From Candidatus Cloacimonadales bacterium (GTDB lineage Bacteria > Cloacimonadota > Cloacimonadia > Cloacimonadales > DAONDQ01), in NCBI GenBank assembly GCA_963662275.1, contig OY759316.1:3328001-3392000 (forward strand): DNA of 64,000 bases, written 5' to 3'. Below the pieces are notes generated by a model. It was not told where the DNA came from. It saw only the letters and a program-made list of their open reading frames with translations, and did no database searches. Positions 48,837 through 59,381 of this stretch are shown in pieces. The translations under genes were made by a program, and so were the position numbers. Within the stretch, counting starts at the first letter, position 1, and every line of letters begins with the position of its first letter.

Positions 48837-49562
48837 ATGTTAACCTATAAGCCGGAAAAGATCCATAGAATCATATTAAAGTTAAGTGGTGAGGTACTGG
48901 CGGGTGAGAAAGGATTTGGATTTGATGATGATGTTATCGATAGAATAACCGATGATATTATTGAATTAAGGAAGATCGGATTAAGCTGTGGAATTGTCCT
49001 GGGTGGAGGTAACTTCTTCCGTGGCGGTACTTGGAAGAATAAGAAACTGGATCGTGTCGTACTTGATAATATCGGAATGTTAGCGACAATCCAAAACGCA
49101 CTTTATCTTTCCGAAATTCTACGTAAGAAAAACTACAGTACGGATGTCTTTTCTGCCATTCAAGCCGATAAGATTGCCAAGTACTATACACCTATCCGTG
49201 TTGAAACAGCCTTCCAGGAAGGTCGTATCTGTTTTCTCTGTGGTGGAACCGGCAGTCCCTTTTTTACAACAGATACTGCTGCTGTTTTAAGAGCTACAGA
49301 ATTGAATGCAGATTTGGTCTTGAAAGGCACGAAAGTGAACGGCGTTTATTCCGAAGATCCTATGGTCAATCCAGAAGCTGAATTCTATGCTAATATCAGT
49401 TATGATGAAGTCTTGAAGAAAGAACTCAAGGTTATGGACTTGACTGCATTTTCCCTTGCCAAGGAAAACAATATACCCATCAAAGTGTTTAATATCAGTG
49501 CGAAGGGTAGCATGCGGGAGGCAGTCTTATCTCGTGATTCCGGTACATTCATACATCGTTGA
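48837..49562 (+). CDS. pyrH: UMP kinase
   Basis: LKLSGEVL, GGGNFFRG, FFTTDTAA, VMDLTA. Confidence 0.97.
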   Translation: MLTYKPEKIHRIILKLSGEVLAGEKGFGFDDDVIDRITDDIIELRKIGLSCGIVLGGGNFFRGGTWKNKKLDRVVLDNIGMLATIQNALYLSEILRKKNYSTDVFSAIQADKIAKYYTPIRVETAFQEGRICFLCGGTGSPFFTTDTAAVLRATELNADLVLKGTKVNGVYSEDPMVNPEAEFYANISYDEVLKKELKVMDLTAFSLAKENNIPIKVFNISAKGSMREAVLSRDSGTFIHR

Positions 49563-49573
49563 AAGAGGTGATT

Positions 49574-50128
49574 ATGGAAGATTTCAAAAAGATTACTGAA
49601 GAAAGAATGCAAAAAACCCTGGATGCTTTGCTGCATCAATTCTCGAAAGTAAGAACAGGCAGAGCAAGCGCATCCATACTAGATGATGTGAAGATTGATT
49701 ATTACGGTCAGCCTACTCCAGTGAAGCAGTTATGTAATGTAACAATACCTGATGCCAGGATGATCGTACTGCAACCTTGGGATAAAACCAGTTTGCCAGA
49801 TATTGAAAAGGCTATCCTGGCTGCCAACTTGGGAATTACCCCCGATAATGATGGAAATGTCATACGCCTTCCTTTCCAGTCATTGACTGAAGAAAAAAGA
49901 AAGGAAATCGTAAAGCAAATTAAGAAGACTTGCGAGGAAACCCGCATTGCCATGCGTAACGTTCGTCGTGAATCAAACGATGCAATTAAAAAGGCTAAAA
50001 AAGATAACGAAATCAGCGAAGATGATGAGAAAAAACACTTAAAGGAAATTCAGGATGTCACTGATAAATGGATTCTGAAAGTGGACGAATCCGAAAAAGT
50101 GAAAGAAAAAGAAATCATGGAAGTGTAA
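49574..50128 (+). CDS. frr: Ribosome recycling factor
   Basis: VRTGRAS, IEKAILAANLGITP, RNVRR; start at ATG 49574 behind GAGGTG. Confidence 0.97.
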   Translation: MEDFKKITEERMQKTLDALLHQFSKVRTGRASASILDDVKIDYYGQPTPVKQLCNVTIPDARMIVLQPWDKTSLPDIEKAILAANLGITPDNDGNVIRLPFQSLTEEKRKEIVKQIKKTCEETRIAMRNVRRESNDAIKKAKKDNEISEDDEKKHLKEIQDVTDKWILKVDESEKVKEKEIMEV

Positions 50129-50148
50129 GAAACTTCTTAAATCTAATG

Positions 50149-50179
50149 AAAGGCAACCTGTGAAGGTTGCCTTTTTTTT
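50149..50179 (+). terminator. Intrinsic terminator of the ribosomal/frr operon
   Basis: AAAGGCAACCT-GTGA-AGGTTGCC followed by T8. Confidence 0.88.
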
Positions 50180-50428
50180 GTACATTCTCATATTTACAGA
50201 CTCATGTGTCTGTCCACTTCATTAAGGATTTCCAATAAATAATAATCCAGTTCATCAATCAATAATGGAAAACCAAACATGATTCTCTCCATATTTTTTA
50301 AATATAATTGGATTAATCAAACGAAACAGGTACAAAGTCAAGTGTTTTCACATTAACTCTGTACCTGTCTTTCAAAAACATTCATTATCTATAGAGAAAT
50401 AATATGTTCGCAAAACCTGGTTATCAGC

Positions 50429-52495
50429 TTACTTCAGCATAATCATCTTTCCTGTAAGCAGATATTTTCCAATTTGAATCTTATAGAAATATATCCCGCT
50501 AACTGCTTGTTTTTCCAGGTTATCCTTACCATTCCAATAGACACCATATTCTCCTTTTCCATCTACGCGACTTGCCAGGTTACGAACTAGTTGTCCCTTA
50601 ATATTATAGATTTCCATGAAGACAGGTGCTTTCATATCGGTTAGAACTGAAAAACGAATCGCTGTTTCAGGATTGAAAGGATTGGGGAAATTACCAAGCA
50701 ATCGAATGGGTTGAGTAATATGAATGGCTATATTATCATCAATCTCCGTATCACCGGAAAAGCTTGTAAAGACGCAAACAACTCCGTAGGCTAAACTCAA
50801 ATTAATTATTGCTTCTTTCATTTCCATTGCTTGAGCTGAATCTGTGGGATAGGAATAGTATTCCACTAGAAGTTGATCGATTTTCTTACTCGCCCACAAC
50901 TTAGGAATGAATTGCATAAGAGAATCATTATTCGTTGTCAGTGTTGCTTCATAAGGATAGCTGACTGGTCCATTGGCATCATTGCCGTCAAAGTGCAGCG
51001 TTATATTCTGACCTGTATTATATCTGCCAGTGATAATGAGTTGAGAGTCATGATATAAGCTTGGCAGGGGATCTGGATAAATTTCAGTGAGCGCATTATT
51101 TGGAGTAACTGAAAGGGTAGGATCAAGTATTACTGCCTGGCTGATTAGATTAAAAAAGGATGTAACCGTTGTGAAAAGATCACTACTTCCAAGAAATACA
51201 GCAGTTCCATTATTATCTTGAGCAAGCAAGTTAAGAAGCTGCGTATTTACATCACTACCCACACCAAAATTAAACAACGCAAGACTGAGATCATGGGAAG
51301 AAACCAGAGAATGAACATGATTTACTAATTGATATGTATCGGTGATTCCAACAGTCGGACCTCCATCAGTAATCATGATAATCACATTTCGATAAGAGGA
51401 TGATGGTGATGCTATAAATTCATTAATAGCTTCATCCAAAGCACCTGAGATATTAGTACCATTCGGGGCAACTGCTGATATGTTGTTAATCCAATTCGTA
51501 GCTGTTGTGATATTGGTTAAACTAACCTCCTGATGACTACTCCATATATGCTGAATCTCATGATCAAATGCAATCACATTGAATCTATCATCAGCGCTCA
51601 AGTGATTGATAATATATATCATCGCCTGACGTGCCTGTGTGATTCTGTTTTCAGTATTCATACTACCGGAATGGTCAACAATTAACGCTATTCTAATTGG
51701 CAGAGGTCTTGTTTGTACATTTCCAGGTTCTACAATGAAGGTAAAGAATCCGTTACCAAATGAATCTGGTACAGAATCACGTACAGTACTCATTGCCCTG
51801 AATCCAATCTCACTTTGAGCAAGTGAATAATTGAGACTATAATTCGAAGAAGCTATAGAGTTAGCTAATTCAAAATGAGCAAAACCTGATTCGCTGTTAA
51901 ATTCTATGTTGGCAGCAGGTTGATTCAAAGCAAAAGATTGGATAGCGCGATCGGATTGAAGATTAATATCAAGCTCCTGGAGAACCAATGGTTGTTGCTG
52001 GATTGGAGTATAATCATTTTTTAGAAAAAGATTCACTGTTCCCACAGAATAATTCAGTAATTGAACATATGTCAGTTCTACACGGATATCTTCATTAGCT
52101 TCCAGAGTTGTTCCAAAATCAAAAGTAACAGGGAAAAACCCAATGTATAGTTTATAATAATCCGGTATCGAAGATGGACCTCCAGGCAGGCTTGGAGGAT
52201 TGCCAGCTATTGAAGCCAGGTGCCATTCTCCATGTACAAACCAACGTAATTGAGTAGCGCTGGCACCACTAGGTAATGGAAAAGAATAGCGAGGTTCTAC
52301 TACTGAATTGAAAGTATTTCGAAAAATCTCAGATACAGTAACTGCAGCAACCTGGTTTTGAATAGCTACATCATAATGACAAGTACGTAAAAGAATCGGC
52401 TGAAGCACGGTAACATTCTTATTAATAACCACACCTACCGCAAATAAGGATGAGATGACACTAATAAGGATGATCAGACAAAAGTAAACTTTCAT
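50429..52495 (-). CDS. Secreted VIT + vWA domain protein with FlgD-Ig/T9SS-type CTD
   Basis: VIT region (EIFRN..YSFPLPSGA), MIDAS DHSGSM..GTNI..ITDG, LWA.KKI, FPNPFNP..TGKMIMLK. Confidence 0.88.
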   Translation of the reverse strand: MKVYFCLIILISVISSLFAVGVVINKNVTVLQPILLRTCHYDVAIQNQVAAVTVSEIFRNTFNSVVEPRYSFPLPSGASATQLRWFVHGEWHLASIAGNPPSLPGGPSSIPDYYKLYIGFFPVTFDFGTTLEANEDIRVELTYVQLLNYSVGTVNLFLKNDYTPIQQQPLVLQELDINLQSDRAIQSFALNQPAANIEFNSESGFAHFELANSIASSNYSLNYSLAQSEIGFRAMSTVRDSVPDSFGNGFFTFIVEPGNVQTRPLPIRIALIVDHSGSMNTENRITQARQAMIYIINHLSADDRFNVIAFDHEIQHIWSSHQEVSLTNITTATNWINNISAVAPNGTNISGALDEAINEFIASPSSSYRNVIIMITDGGPTVGITDTYQLVNHVHSLVSSHDLSLALFNFGVGSDVNTQLLNLLAQDNNGTAVFLGSSDLFTTVTSFFNLISQAVILDPTLSVTPNNALTEIYPDPLPSLYHDSQLIITGRYNTGQNITLHFDGNDANGPVSYPYEATLTTNNDSLMQFIPKLWASKKIDQLLVEYYSYPTDSAQAMEMKEAIINLSLAYGVVCVFTSFSGDTEIDDNIAIHITQPIRLLGNFPNPFNPETAIRFSVLTDMKAPVFMEIYNIKGQLVRNLASRVDGKGEYGVYWNGKDNLEKQAVSGIYFYKIQIGKYLLTGKMIMLK

Positions 52496-52720
52496 ATATC
52501 CTCCAATGTTATATTAAATAATATACATAACGATATAAATGAGTCAAGGTAATTATTTAATTAATCTCTTTTTTTTGATAACCATAATTAACTTTGAATC
52601 CCTATAGATATTCTTGGAATAAAATACAGAAATCTCCATTTATGAAATAAATCTGTTTTAACTTGACGTTTATCTAATCTTCATTCAGAATTTGTGTATC
52701 TACAAAAAAGAAAGGATGAT

Positions 52721-54391
52721 ATGAGTATTTATCACGTTTTAGGTCATAAAAATCCTGACACTGACACAATCTGTGCCGCCTATTGTTATGCATGGTTCAA
52801 GAAACAGCTACACCCGGAAAATGAATATATTTCCGGGATATGCGGAACACCTAATGAGACCACGGATTATGTGTTCCAAAGATTTGGAGTTGATTTACCG
52901 GACTTTATCAAAGATCTGCACCCCAGGGTTGAAGATGTCATGCTGACTGATATCATCACAATTTCTGAGAATGAGCCAGTTTTGAACGCAATTAAAAGAT
53001 TCGAAGAAAAGCATGTTCGTACACTTCCCGTTTTACATGAGGATAAAAGCTATTTGGGTGCACTTAGTATTTGGGAAATGGCTGAGTTTTTTATGGCAAG
53101 AGACTTTGCAAAGCGTCCCGATTATCTATTTCGACCGGAGAATTTCGAGAAAGTACTGCCAGGTCGTTTTTTAAAGCGCGGCAGCAACATGGAATTTGAA
53201 ACATCCCTTATGGTCGGAGCCATGTCCTATCATACATTTTTGATACGTCTGCACAAAGCTGTGTCTGTTGAGCATAATGATACAATATATCCTATCATCG
53301 TAGTCGGTGACAGGTTGGAAGTCGTGGAATATGCCTTGCACCTGCCATTTCCTGCAATCATACTAACTGGATATTCTAAGGAAGATACTCTTCCCTTCGA
53401 TATCAGTCATTTCAAAGGTTGGATTTTTATATCTGAAGCGGATACCTCAGAGACGATTCGTCTTTTACGAACCAGTATCCCTGTGAAAGCGATTGCTAAT
53501 CGCGACTTGCCATTAATGAAGCGAACGGACTTATTAAGAACAGCTAAGGAAATGCTGAAAACTACAAATTATCGCGGTTTGCCTGTTGTGGAAGATTCTC
53601 GTTTATATGGACTTGTCAATTCATCGGCACTCGTCGATCCTCCTGAGAAGAAAGTGATTATGGTTGATCATAATGAATTTTCTCAGTCGGTGGATGGGAT
53701 AGAAAATGCTGAAATTTGTGAAATCATAGACCATCATCGTATCAATATTATGAAAACGACAAATCCTATCTATATTTATGCAAAACCTTTAGGAAGTACA
53801 TGTACTTTGGTTTATCAGCATTACTTATCCTATCAGATAGAGATACCTCCCCATATTGCAGCCTTATTATTAGCAGGTATCTTAGCTGATACTGTCATAT
53901 TGAAATCTCCCACATCCACACCCGAAGATGTATCAGCAGCAGAACAACTGGCATTGATTGCCGGTTTGGATTTTACCGAATTCGGAAAGGATATTTTCTC
54001 ACATACACCCAATCTTACCAATACAGATGCAGTTCAGGTCATTAATGAAGACTTGAAGATCTATCCTGAATTCGGAATCAGGGTAGGCATATCGCAAGTG
54101 GAAGTTGTCACACTCTCGGACTTAGACGAAGTCAAGGATAGATTCCTGGATGCTTTGGAAAAATCCCGATATGAATTGAACGTCCAGTGGCTGATGTTGT
54201 TGGTTACAAATATTCTTTCAGAAGAAAGCTATCTATTCAGTTCCATTTTCCCAAACGGGGAAAAATATCTGCTTTATGAAAAGAGTAGTGATCGAGTCTA
54301 TCACTTACCCGGCATTTTATCAAGAAAGAAGCAGCTCTTACCAGAAGTGTTACGTGTACTTGAAAAATGGAGCAAGGAAACGCCTCTTTAA
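52721..54391 (+). CDS. ppaC: Family II Mn-dependent inorganic pyrophosphatase with CBS-DRTGG-CBS insert
   Basis: GHKNPDTD, VDHNE, IIDHH, LADT, SRKKQ; insert of roughly 250 aa; start at ATG 52721. Confidence 0.9.
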   Translation: MSIYHVLGHKNPDTDTICAAYCYAWFKKQLHPENEYISGICGTPNETTDYVFQRFGVDLPDFIKDLHPRVEDVMLTDIITISENEPVLNAIKRFEEKHVRTLPVLHEDKSYLGALSIWEMAEFFMARDFAKRPDYLFRPENFEKVLPGRFLKRGSNMEFETSLMVGAMSYHTFLIRLHKAVSVEHNDTIYPIIVVGDRLEVVEYALHLPFPAIILTGYSKEDTLPFDISHFKGWIFISEADTSETIRLLRTSIPVKAIANRDLPLMKRTDLLRTAKEMLKTTNYRGLPVVEDSRLYGLVNSSALVDPPEKKVIMVDHNEFSQSVDGIENAEICEIIDHHRINIMKTTNPIYIYAKPLGSTCTLVYQHYLSYQIEIPPHIAALLLAGILADTVILKSPTSTPEDVSAAEQLALIAGLDFTEFGKDIFSHTPNLTNTDAVQVINEDLKIYPEFGIRVGISQVEVVTLSDLDEVKDRFLDALEKSRYELNVQWLMLLVTNILSEESYLFSSIFPNGEKYLLYEKSSDRVYHLPGILSRKKQLLPEVLRVLEKWSKETPL

Positions 54392-54520
54392 GGATATCAA
54401 TTCGCCTTATTCAGGAATTTAGTTTATACTATATAAATCAGAGACATATAATTTTATAGAAGATCATTGACACACTAAAAATAAATTACATAGTTACTTT
54501 ATATATCGTAGGAGGAATTT

Positions 54521-56824
54521 ATGAACCCTATCCAAGTAATATTCATGATAGCCCCAGTCGGTGCTGCACTAGGATTGGTCTTCGCATACATTTTCTTTGT
54601 TATGATGAATAAATCACCGGAAGGAAATGATCGGATGAAAGAGATTGCGGCTTATGTGAGAGAAGGAGCGAAAGCATATCTTACACAGCAATACAAAGTC
54701 GTTTCGATTTTCTTTGCTTGCGCGTTTATATTCTTTTCCATCTTAGCTTATGTTCTGCATGTCCAAAGTGCCTGGACACCAATTGCTTTCTTAACGGGTG
54801 GTTTCTTCAGCGGTCTCTCCGGTTTCCTAGGCATGAATACGGCTACGTTGGCTTCCAATAGAACGACGGAAGCTTGTCGCCACAGCCTGAATGCCGGACT
54901 GAAAGTCGCATTCCGTTCCGGTGCTGTAATGGGACTCGTTGTTGTTGGTTTGGGACTATTGGATATTTCTATATGGTTTGTGATATTGAATAAAGTAATG
55001 AATGGACATATAACAGGTCCGTTTGCTGTGAAGAACCTGGCTGAAATTACGATCATTATGCTGACATTTGGAATGGGAGCATCTTTCCAGGCATTATTCG
55101 CACGTGTTGGCGGTGGTATTTTTACAAAAGCTGCTGATGTCGGTGCTGACCTGGTTGGCAAGATCGAAGCCGGTATTCCTGAAGATGACCCTCGCAACCC
55201 AGCCACTATTGCTGATAATGTTGGCGATAATGTCGGTGACGTTGCCGGTATGGGTGCTGATCTTTATGAATCTTACTGCGGTGCGATTCTCTCAACAGCT
55301 ACTTTGGGAGCTTCAGCATTTGCCGTCGTTAATACTGCATTACAAATGCCTTCGGTTATCCTACCCATGGCAATTGCCGGAGTTGGTGTTGTAGCTTCAA
55401 TTATTGGAATTTTCATTGTCCGCAGTAATGAAAATGCTTCCCAGCTTCAACTGCTTAAATCACTGAGCCATGGTGTTAATCTCAGTTCTTTAATTATCAT
55501 CATTGCCTCCTTCTTCTTGGTTAAAGTCCTTCTCCCTGGTTATCTAGGTGTGTTTGGTTCCATTTTATCCGGCTTGTTAGCAGGTATCATTATTGGCAAA
55601 TCCACAGAATATTATACATCAAGTGATTATAAGCCAACAAAAGAAATAGCAGACCAGGCTTTAACTGGTCCAGCTACAGTGATCATCAGCGGTGTGTCAA
55701 CCGGTATGCTTTCCACTGGTATACCTGTGCTAACAGTTAGTGCCGCTATTTTACTCAGTTATGGTTTTGGTAATAACTGGCATTTCGGCGACATTGCCAT
55801 GGGTTTATACGGTATTGGTATAGCAGCAGTGGGAATGCTTTCCACCCTTGGAATCACTCTCGCTACAGATGCATATGGTCCAATTGCAGACAATGCAGGC
55901 GGTAACGCCGAGATGAGTGGACTTCCTGAGGAAGTACGTAAGCGTACGGATGCCCTGGATGCCCTGGGTAATACAACTGCTGCAACCGGTAAAGGCTTTG
56001 CCATCGGATCAGCGGCTTTGACTGCAATGGCGTTATTGGCTGCGTATATTGATGAAGTTCGGATCGGATTCGAAAGAATGGGTCGTACCACTTTTGAAGT
56101 TGGTGGACAGGTCATTCAAACTGCAAGTGCAACTATGAGTGATTTTATCAATTATTATGATATTACGTTAATCAATCCCAAAGTCCTGATTGGGTTATTC
56201 ATCGGTTCCATGTCAGCCTTTGTTTTCTGCGCACTTACGATGAAAGCTGTGGGGCGTGCTGCCGGTAAGATGGTGGATGAAGTACGTAGACAATTCAAAG
56301 TCTTTCCTGGTATACTGAAAGGAACCGAAAAACCTGATTATAAGGTCTGCGTTGAGATTTCCACGAAAGCAGCGCAGAAGGAGATGGTACTTCCTTCTCT
56401 TTTAGCTTTGATCATTCCAATTGCTACGGGTTTATTACTCGGCGTTACTGGTGTCATGGGTTTGTTAGCAGGTGCCATGACAGCAGGTTTCACATTAGCA
56501 GTCTTTCTTAATAATGCGGGTGGTGCCTGGGATAATGCGAAAAAGTACATTGAAAGCGGCGTACATGGTGGAAAAGGATCAGCTCCACACACCGCTACCG
56601 TGATCGGGGATACTGTTGGAGATCCGTTTAAGGATACTTCCGGTCCTTCACTGAATATTCTTATCAAGCTGATGAGTATGATCAGTATCGTTGTCGCTGG
56701 CTTAACCGTTAAATATGCCTTGGAATTCAAGAATATCGATTCTGAAACGGTGAAACCCAACACATATCAAACAGAGCAAGCAATGCCATCACCTGTTGAT
56801 GCACCTGTACAGACAGGTAATTGA
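54521..56824 (+). CDS. hppA: Membrane-integral K+-dependent pyrophosphatase, probably Na+,H+-translocating
   Basis: DVGADLVGKIE, IADNVGDNVGD, GNTTAATGKG (Ala form = K+-dependent), GDTVGDPFKDTSGP. Confidence 0.95.
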   Translation: MNPIQVIFMIAPVGAALGLVFAYIFFVMMNKSPEGNDRMKEIAAYVREGAKAYLTQQYKVVSIFFACAFIFFSILAYVLHVQSAWTPIAFLTGGFFSGLSGFLGMNTATLASNRTTEACRHSLNAGLKVAFRSGAVMGLVVVGLGLLDISIWFVILNKVMNGHITGPFAVKNLAEITIIMLTFGMGASFQALFARVGGGIFTKAADVGADLVGKIEAGIPEDDPRNPATIADNVGDNVGDVAGMGADLYESYCGAILSTATLGASAFAVVNTALQMPSVILPMAIAGVGVVASIIGIFIVRSNENASQLQLLKSLSHGVNLSSLIIIIASFFLVKVLLPGYLGVFGSILSGLLAGIIIGKSTEYYTSSDYKPTKEIADQALTGPATVIISGVSTGMLSTGIPVLTVSAAILLSYGFGNNWHFGDIAMGLYGIGIAAVGMLSTLGITLATDAYGPIADNAGGNAEMSGLPEEVRKRTDALDALGNTTAATGKGFAIGSAALTAMALLAAYIDEVRIGFERMGRTTFEVGGQVIQTASATMSDFINYYDITLINPKVLIGLFIGSMSAFVFCALTMKAVGRAAGKMVDEVRRQFKVFPGILKGTEKPDYKVCVEISTKAAQKEMVLPSLLALIIPIATGLLLGVTGVMGLLAGAMTAGFTLAVFLNNAGGAWDNAKKYIESGVHGGKGSAPHTATVIGDTVGDPFKDTSGPSLNILIKLMSMISIVVAGLTVKYALEFKNIDSETVKPNTYQTEQAMPSPVDAPVQTGN

Positions 56825-56844
56825 TATATCTATATTATGCAATA

Positions 56845-56875
56845 GAACGAGGTCAATGACCTCGTTCCTTTTTTT
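56845..56875 (+). terminator. Intrinsic terminator
   Basis: GAACGAGGTC-AAT-GACCTCGTTC-C followed by T7. Confidence 0.85.
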
Positions 56876-57069
56876 GTCTATAGAAAGATAAATCATATTG
56901 CCAATGTAAAAAAGCAAATACTTCACAACCAGTAAAAACGAAAAAACACTTGACTTGAGATCTATCATATTCCCTAAATTGCTATAAATGATTCGTTAAA
57001 AAATATTCCACATTGCCTTACTTATCAGTTGTGATTAGTGTCAGTACCAAAACAAAGCAAGGGGATTTA

Positions 57070-59217
57070 ATGCGTTTTTGGTTGGTATTTCTATTAATGG
57101 CTACTTCAACATTATTGTTAGGTAATTCACCTGCTCCGGAAAGTATCGTGGAACGTATGCCTAATTTAGTGATGCAACTTGGGATACTTATCTTTGCTGC
57201 CAGGATAGGTGCTTCTATAGTTGAGAAATTTGGTATTCCGGGTGTACTGGGTGAATTGCTGATCGGTATCCTGATAGGTCCATACATGCTTGGATCAATT
57301 CCGATATTGGGTTTTCCAAATGGTCTATTTACCAGTTCAAATACCGCTTTTCCAATTCAACCGGAGCTTTATGGAATAGCGATCATTGCATCTATCATTC
57401 TCCTTTTTCTGACCGGTTTAGAAACAGATTTGAATCTATTGGTTCGATTTTCTGTGGCTGGTATGGTAGTTGGAATCGGTGGTATCATATTTTCCTTTTT
57501 TATCGGTGCCTTTACAGCGATGTATTTCATGCATCTTCCATTAATGGATCCAAAATGTCTATTCTTGGGTATTATGAGTACGGCAACTTCAGTTGGAATC
57601 ACAGCCAGGATTCTTTCAGAAAGAAAAAGGATGGATTCACCGGAAGGTGTGACAATACTAGCTGGGGCTGTGATTGATGATGTACTTGGTGTTGTTCTTT
57701 TAGCAATCGTTCTGGGTGTATCATTAGTGATCAAATCTGGTGGACAGGAAACCCTGAATTGGACCAAGATCATCCTGATTGCTTTTAAGGAAATAGGGAT
57801 TTGGTTGGGAGTCATGATTGTCGGTCTGACGTTTGCCAATCGAATCAGCGGATTTCTGAAAGTATTCAAAGATCGGGGAGTCTTTTCAATCTTAGCATTC
57901 AGCCTTGCTTTGATCATTGCAGGTATTTTTGAAAGAGCTGGCTTAGCTATGATCATTGGTGCATATGTTGTTGGTTTGACTTTATCAAAAACGGAAATAA
58001 GCTTTGCCATCCAGGAAGCCCTCAGTCCTTTGCGTATCTTCTTTGTACCTGTTTTCTTCACAGTCATGGGGATGCTCGTTAATGTAAAAGAACTGCTTAA
58101 ACCCGGAACTCTTGTCTTTGGCTTAGTCTATACTTTGGGTGCAATCCTGGCAAAATTCCTGGGATGTGGGATTCCAGCATTTGCCTTGAAATTTAATATT
58201 ACTGGCGCTGTACGTGTCGGTCTGGGGATGATTCCCCGTGGGGAAGTTGCTCTTATTATTGCTGGAATCGGCTTATCATATGGATTTATCAATGATCCAC
58301 ATTACAATATTTTCTCAATCGGAATCATGATGACCCTGGTTACAACCCTAATCTCTCCTCCATTACTACATAAAATACTGGGAAGTGACAAAATAGGTAT
58401 CAAAAACACAAATATGCTTCCTGAAAAAGAAATCATAACAATTCATTTACTGGATCACGACATTGCAGAATTACTGGTTCATAAGATTCTTATCCAATTC
58501 AAATCTATGGGGTTCTTCATCAACCAGGTGGAACAGGAGTCAGGCATTTTCCAGATACGCCGCCAGAACACAAATATATCCATGACCCATGACAAAAATG
58601 ATATCACGCTGCAGACTGATCATGAAAATGGACTCTTTGTACAAAGAATGGTTCATGAGGCTGCCTTTTATCTCAAGCAGACAGTTGCTGGGATATTGAA
58701 TATTGAAGACATTCATGCGGTAAATAAGACTGAAATGTATGATAAAGCCACAGAAGACGAAATGGAAAGATTACTGGTCAAGGAGCAAATTATTCCCCGA
58801 TTAAAAGCAGAATCCAAAGAGGGTATCATCTGGGAAATGCTGCAGCGTTTGCATGATATCGGGAAGATCAAGGATGTAAAAAAAATCTATTATACCGTGA
58901 TTGAAAGAGAGAAGCATCTAAGCGGTGGTCTGACACATGGGATAGCGATTCCCCATGCTCATACAGATGATGTTTCTGAACCTATGGTTGTCATTGGCAT
59001 GAAACATGAAGGAATGGATTTTAGTTCCATCGATCAAAAACCTTCTTTCCTGATTATCCTGATTCTCACACCTGTCGCAGAAGCCAGTGTTCATATCAGG
59101 GTTCTTTCGAGAATAGGACATTTGAACAGAAATGTGAAGCATCTAAGCGATTTACTGGTGAATGAAAACCCTACTGCCATCCGTAATTATATTCTACAGC
59201 ATAGCCAAGGGGAATGA
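57070..59217 (+). CDS. CPA2/NapA-type cation:proton antiporter fused to a C-terminal PTS EIIA(Ntr/Fru)-like domain
   Basis: ATSVGIT, AVIDDVLG, GMIPRGEV; C-terminal EREKHLSGGLTHGIAIPHAH..DFSSID; start at ATG 57070. Confidence 0.88.
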   Translation: MRFWLVFLLMATSTLLLGNSPAPESIVERMPNLVMQLGILIFAARIGASIVEKFGIPGVLGELLIGILIGPYMLGSIPILGFPNGLFTSSNTAFPIQPELYGIAIIASIILLFLTGLETDLNLLVRFSVAGMVVGIGGIIFSFFIGAFTAMYFMHLPLMDPKCLFLGIMSTATSVGITARILSERKRMDSPEGVTILAGAVIDDVLGVVLLAIVLGVSLVIKSGGQETLNWTKIILIAFKEIGIWLGVMIVGLTFANRISGFLKVFKDRGVFSILAFSLALIIAGIFERAGLAMIIGAYVVGLTLSKTEISFAIQEALSPLRIFFVPVFFTVMGMLVNVKELLKPGTLVFGLVYTLGAILAKFLGCGIPAFALKFNITGAVRVGLGMIPRGEVALIIAGIGLSYGFINDPHYNIFSIGIMMTLVTTLISPPLLHKILGSDKIGIKNTNMLPEKEIITIHLLDHDIAELLVHKILIQFKSMGFFINQVEQESGIFQIRRQNTNISMTHDKNDITLQTDHENGLFVQRMVHEAAFYLKQTVAGILNIEDIHAVNKTEMYDKATEDEMERLLVKEQIIPRLKAESKEGIIWEMLQRLHDIGKIKDVKKIYYTVIEREKHLSGGLTHGIAIPHAHTDDVSEPMVVIGMKHEGMDFSSIDQKPSFLIILILTPVAEASVHIRVLSRIGHLNRNVKHLSDLLVNENPTAIRNYILQHSQGE

Positions 59218-59247
59218 AATACATATATACTTAACGTGGGTGCTACG

Positions 59248-59274
59248 GTGGAGTAGGATTCCGATCCTACTGAA
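59248..59274 (+). repeat. Single REP copy identical to the core of the 3587 array
   Basis: GTGGAGTAGGATTCCGATCCTACTGAA. Confidence 0.9.
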
Positions 59275-59304
59275 CTCCTTGATTCAAATTTAATACAATA
59301 GAGC

Positions 59305-59376
59305 GTAGGGGTCCGCGTCAGCAGACCCTTCCTGAAAATTTGTACTGTATAAGGGTCTGCTGACGCGGACCCCTAC
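59305..59376. repeat. REPIN-like perfect inverted pair of GTAG-type REPs between convergent genes
   Basis: 26-bp arms GTAGGGGTCCGCGTCAGCAGACCCTT with a 20-bp spacer. Confidence 0.9.
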
Positions 59377-59381
59377 TTTTT

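Noticed and set aside
54748..58067. Long antisense ORFs (for example 54748-55206, 56338-56763, 57369-58067)
   Set aside because: Shadows of hydrophobic membrane-protein genes with no recognisable motifs; the same applies to other nested ORFs in the track
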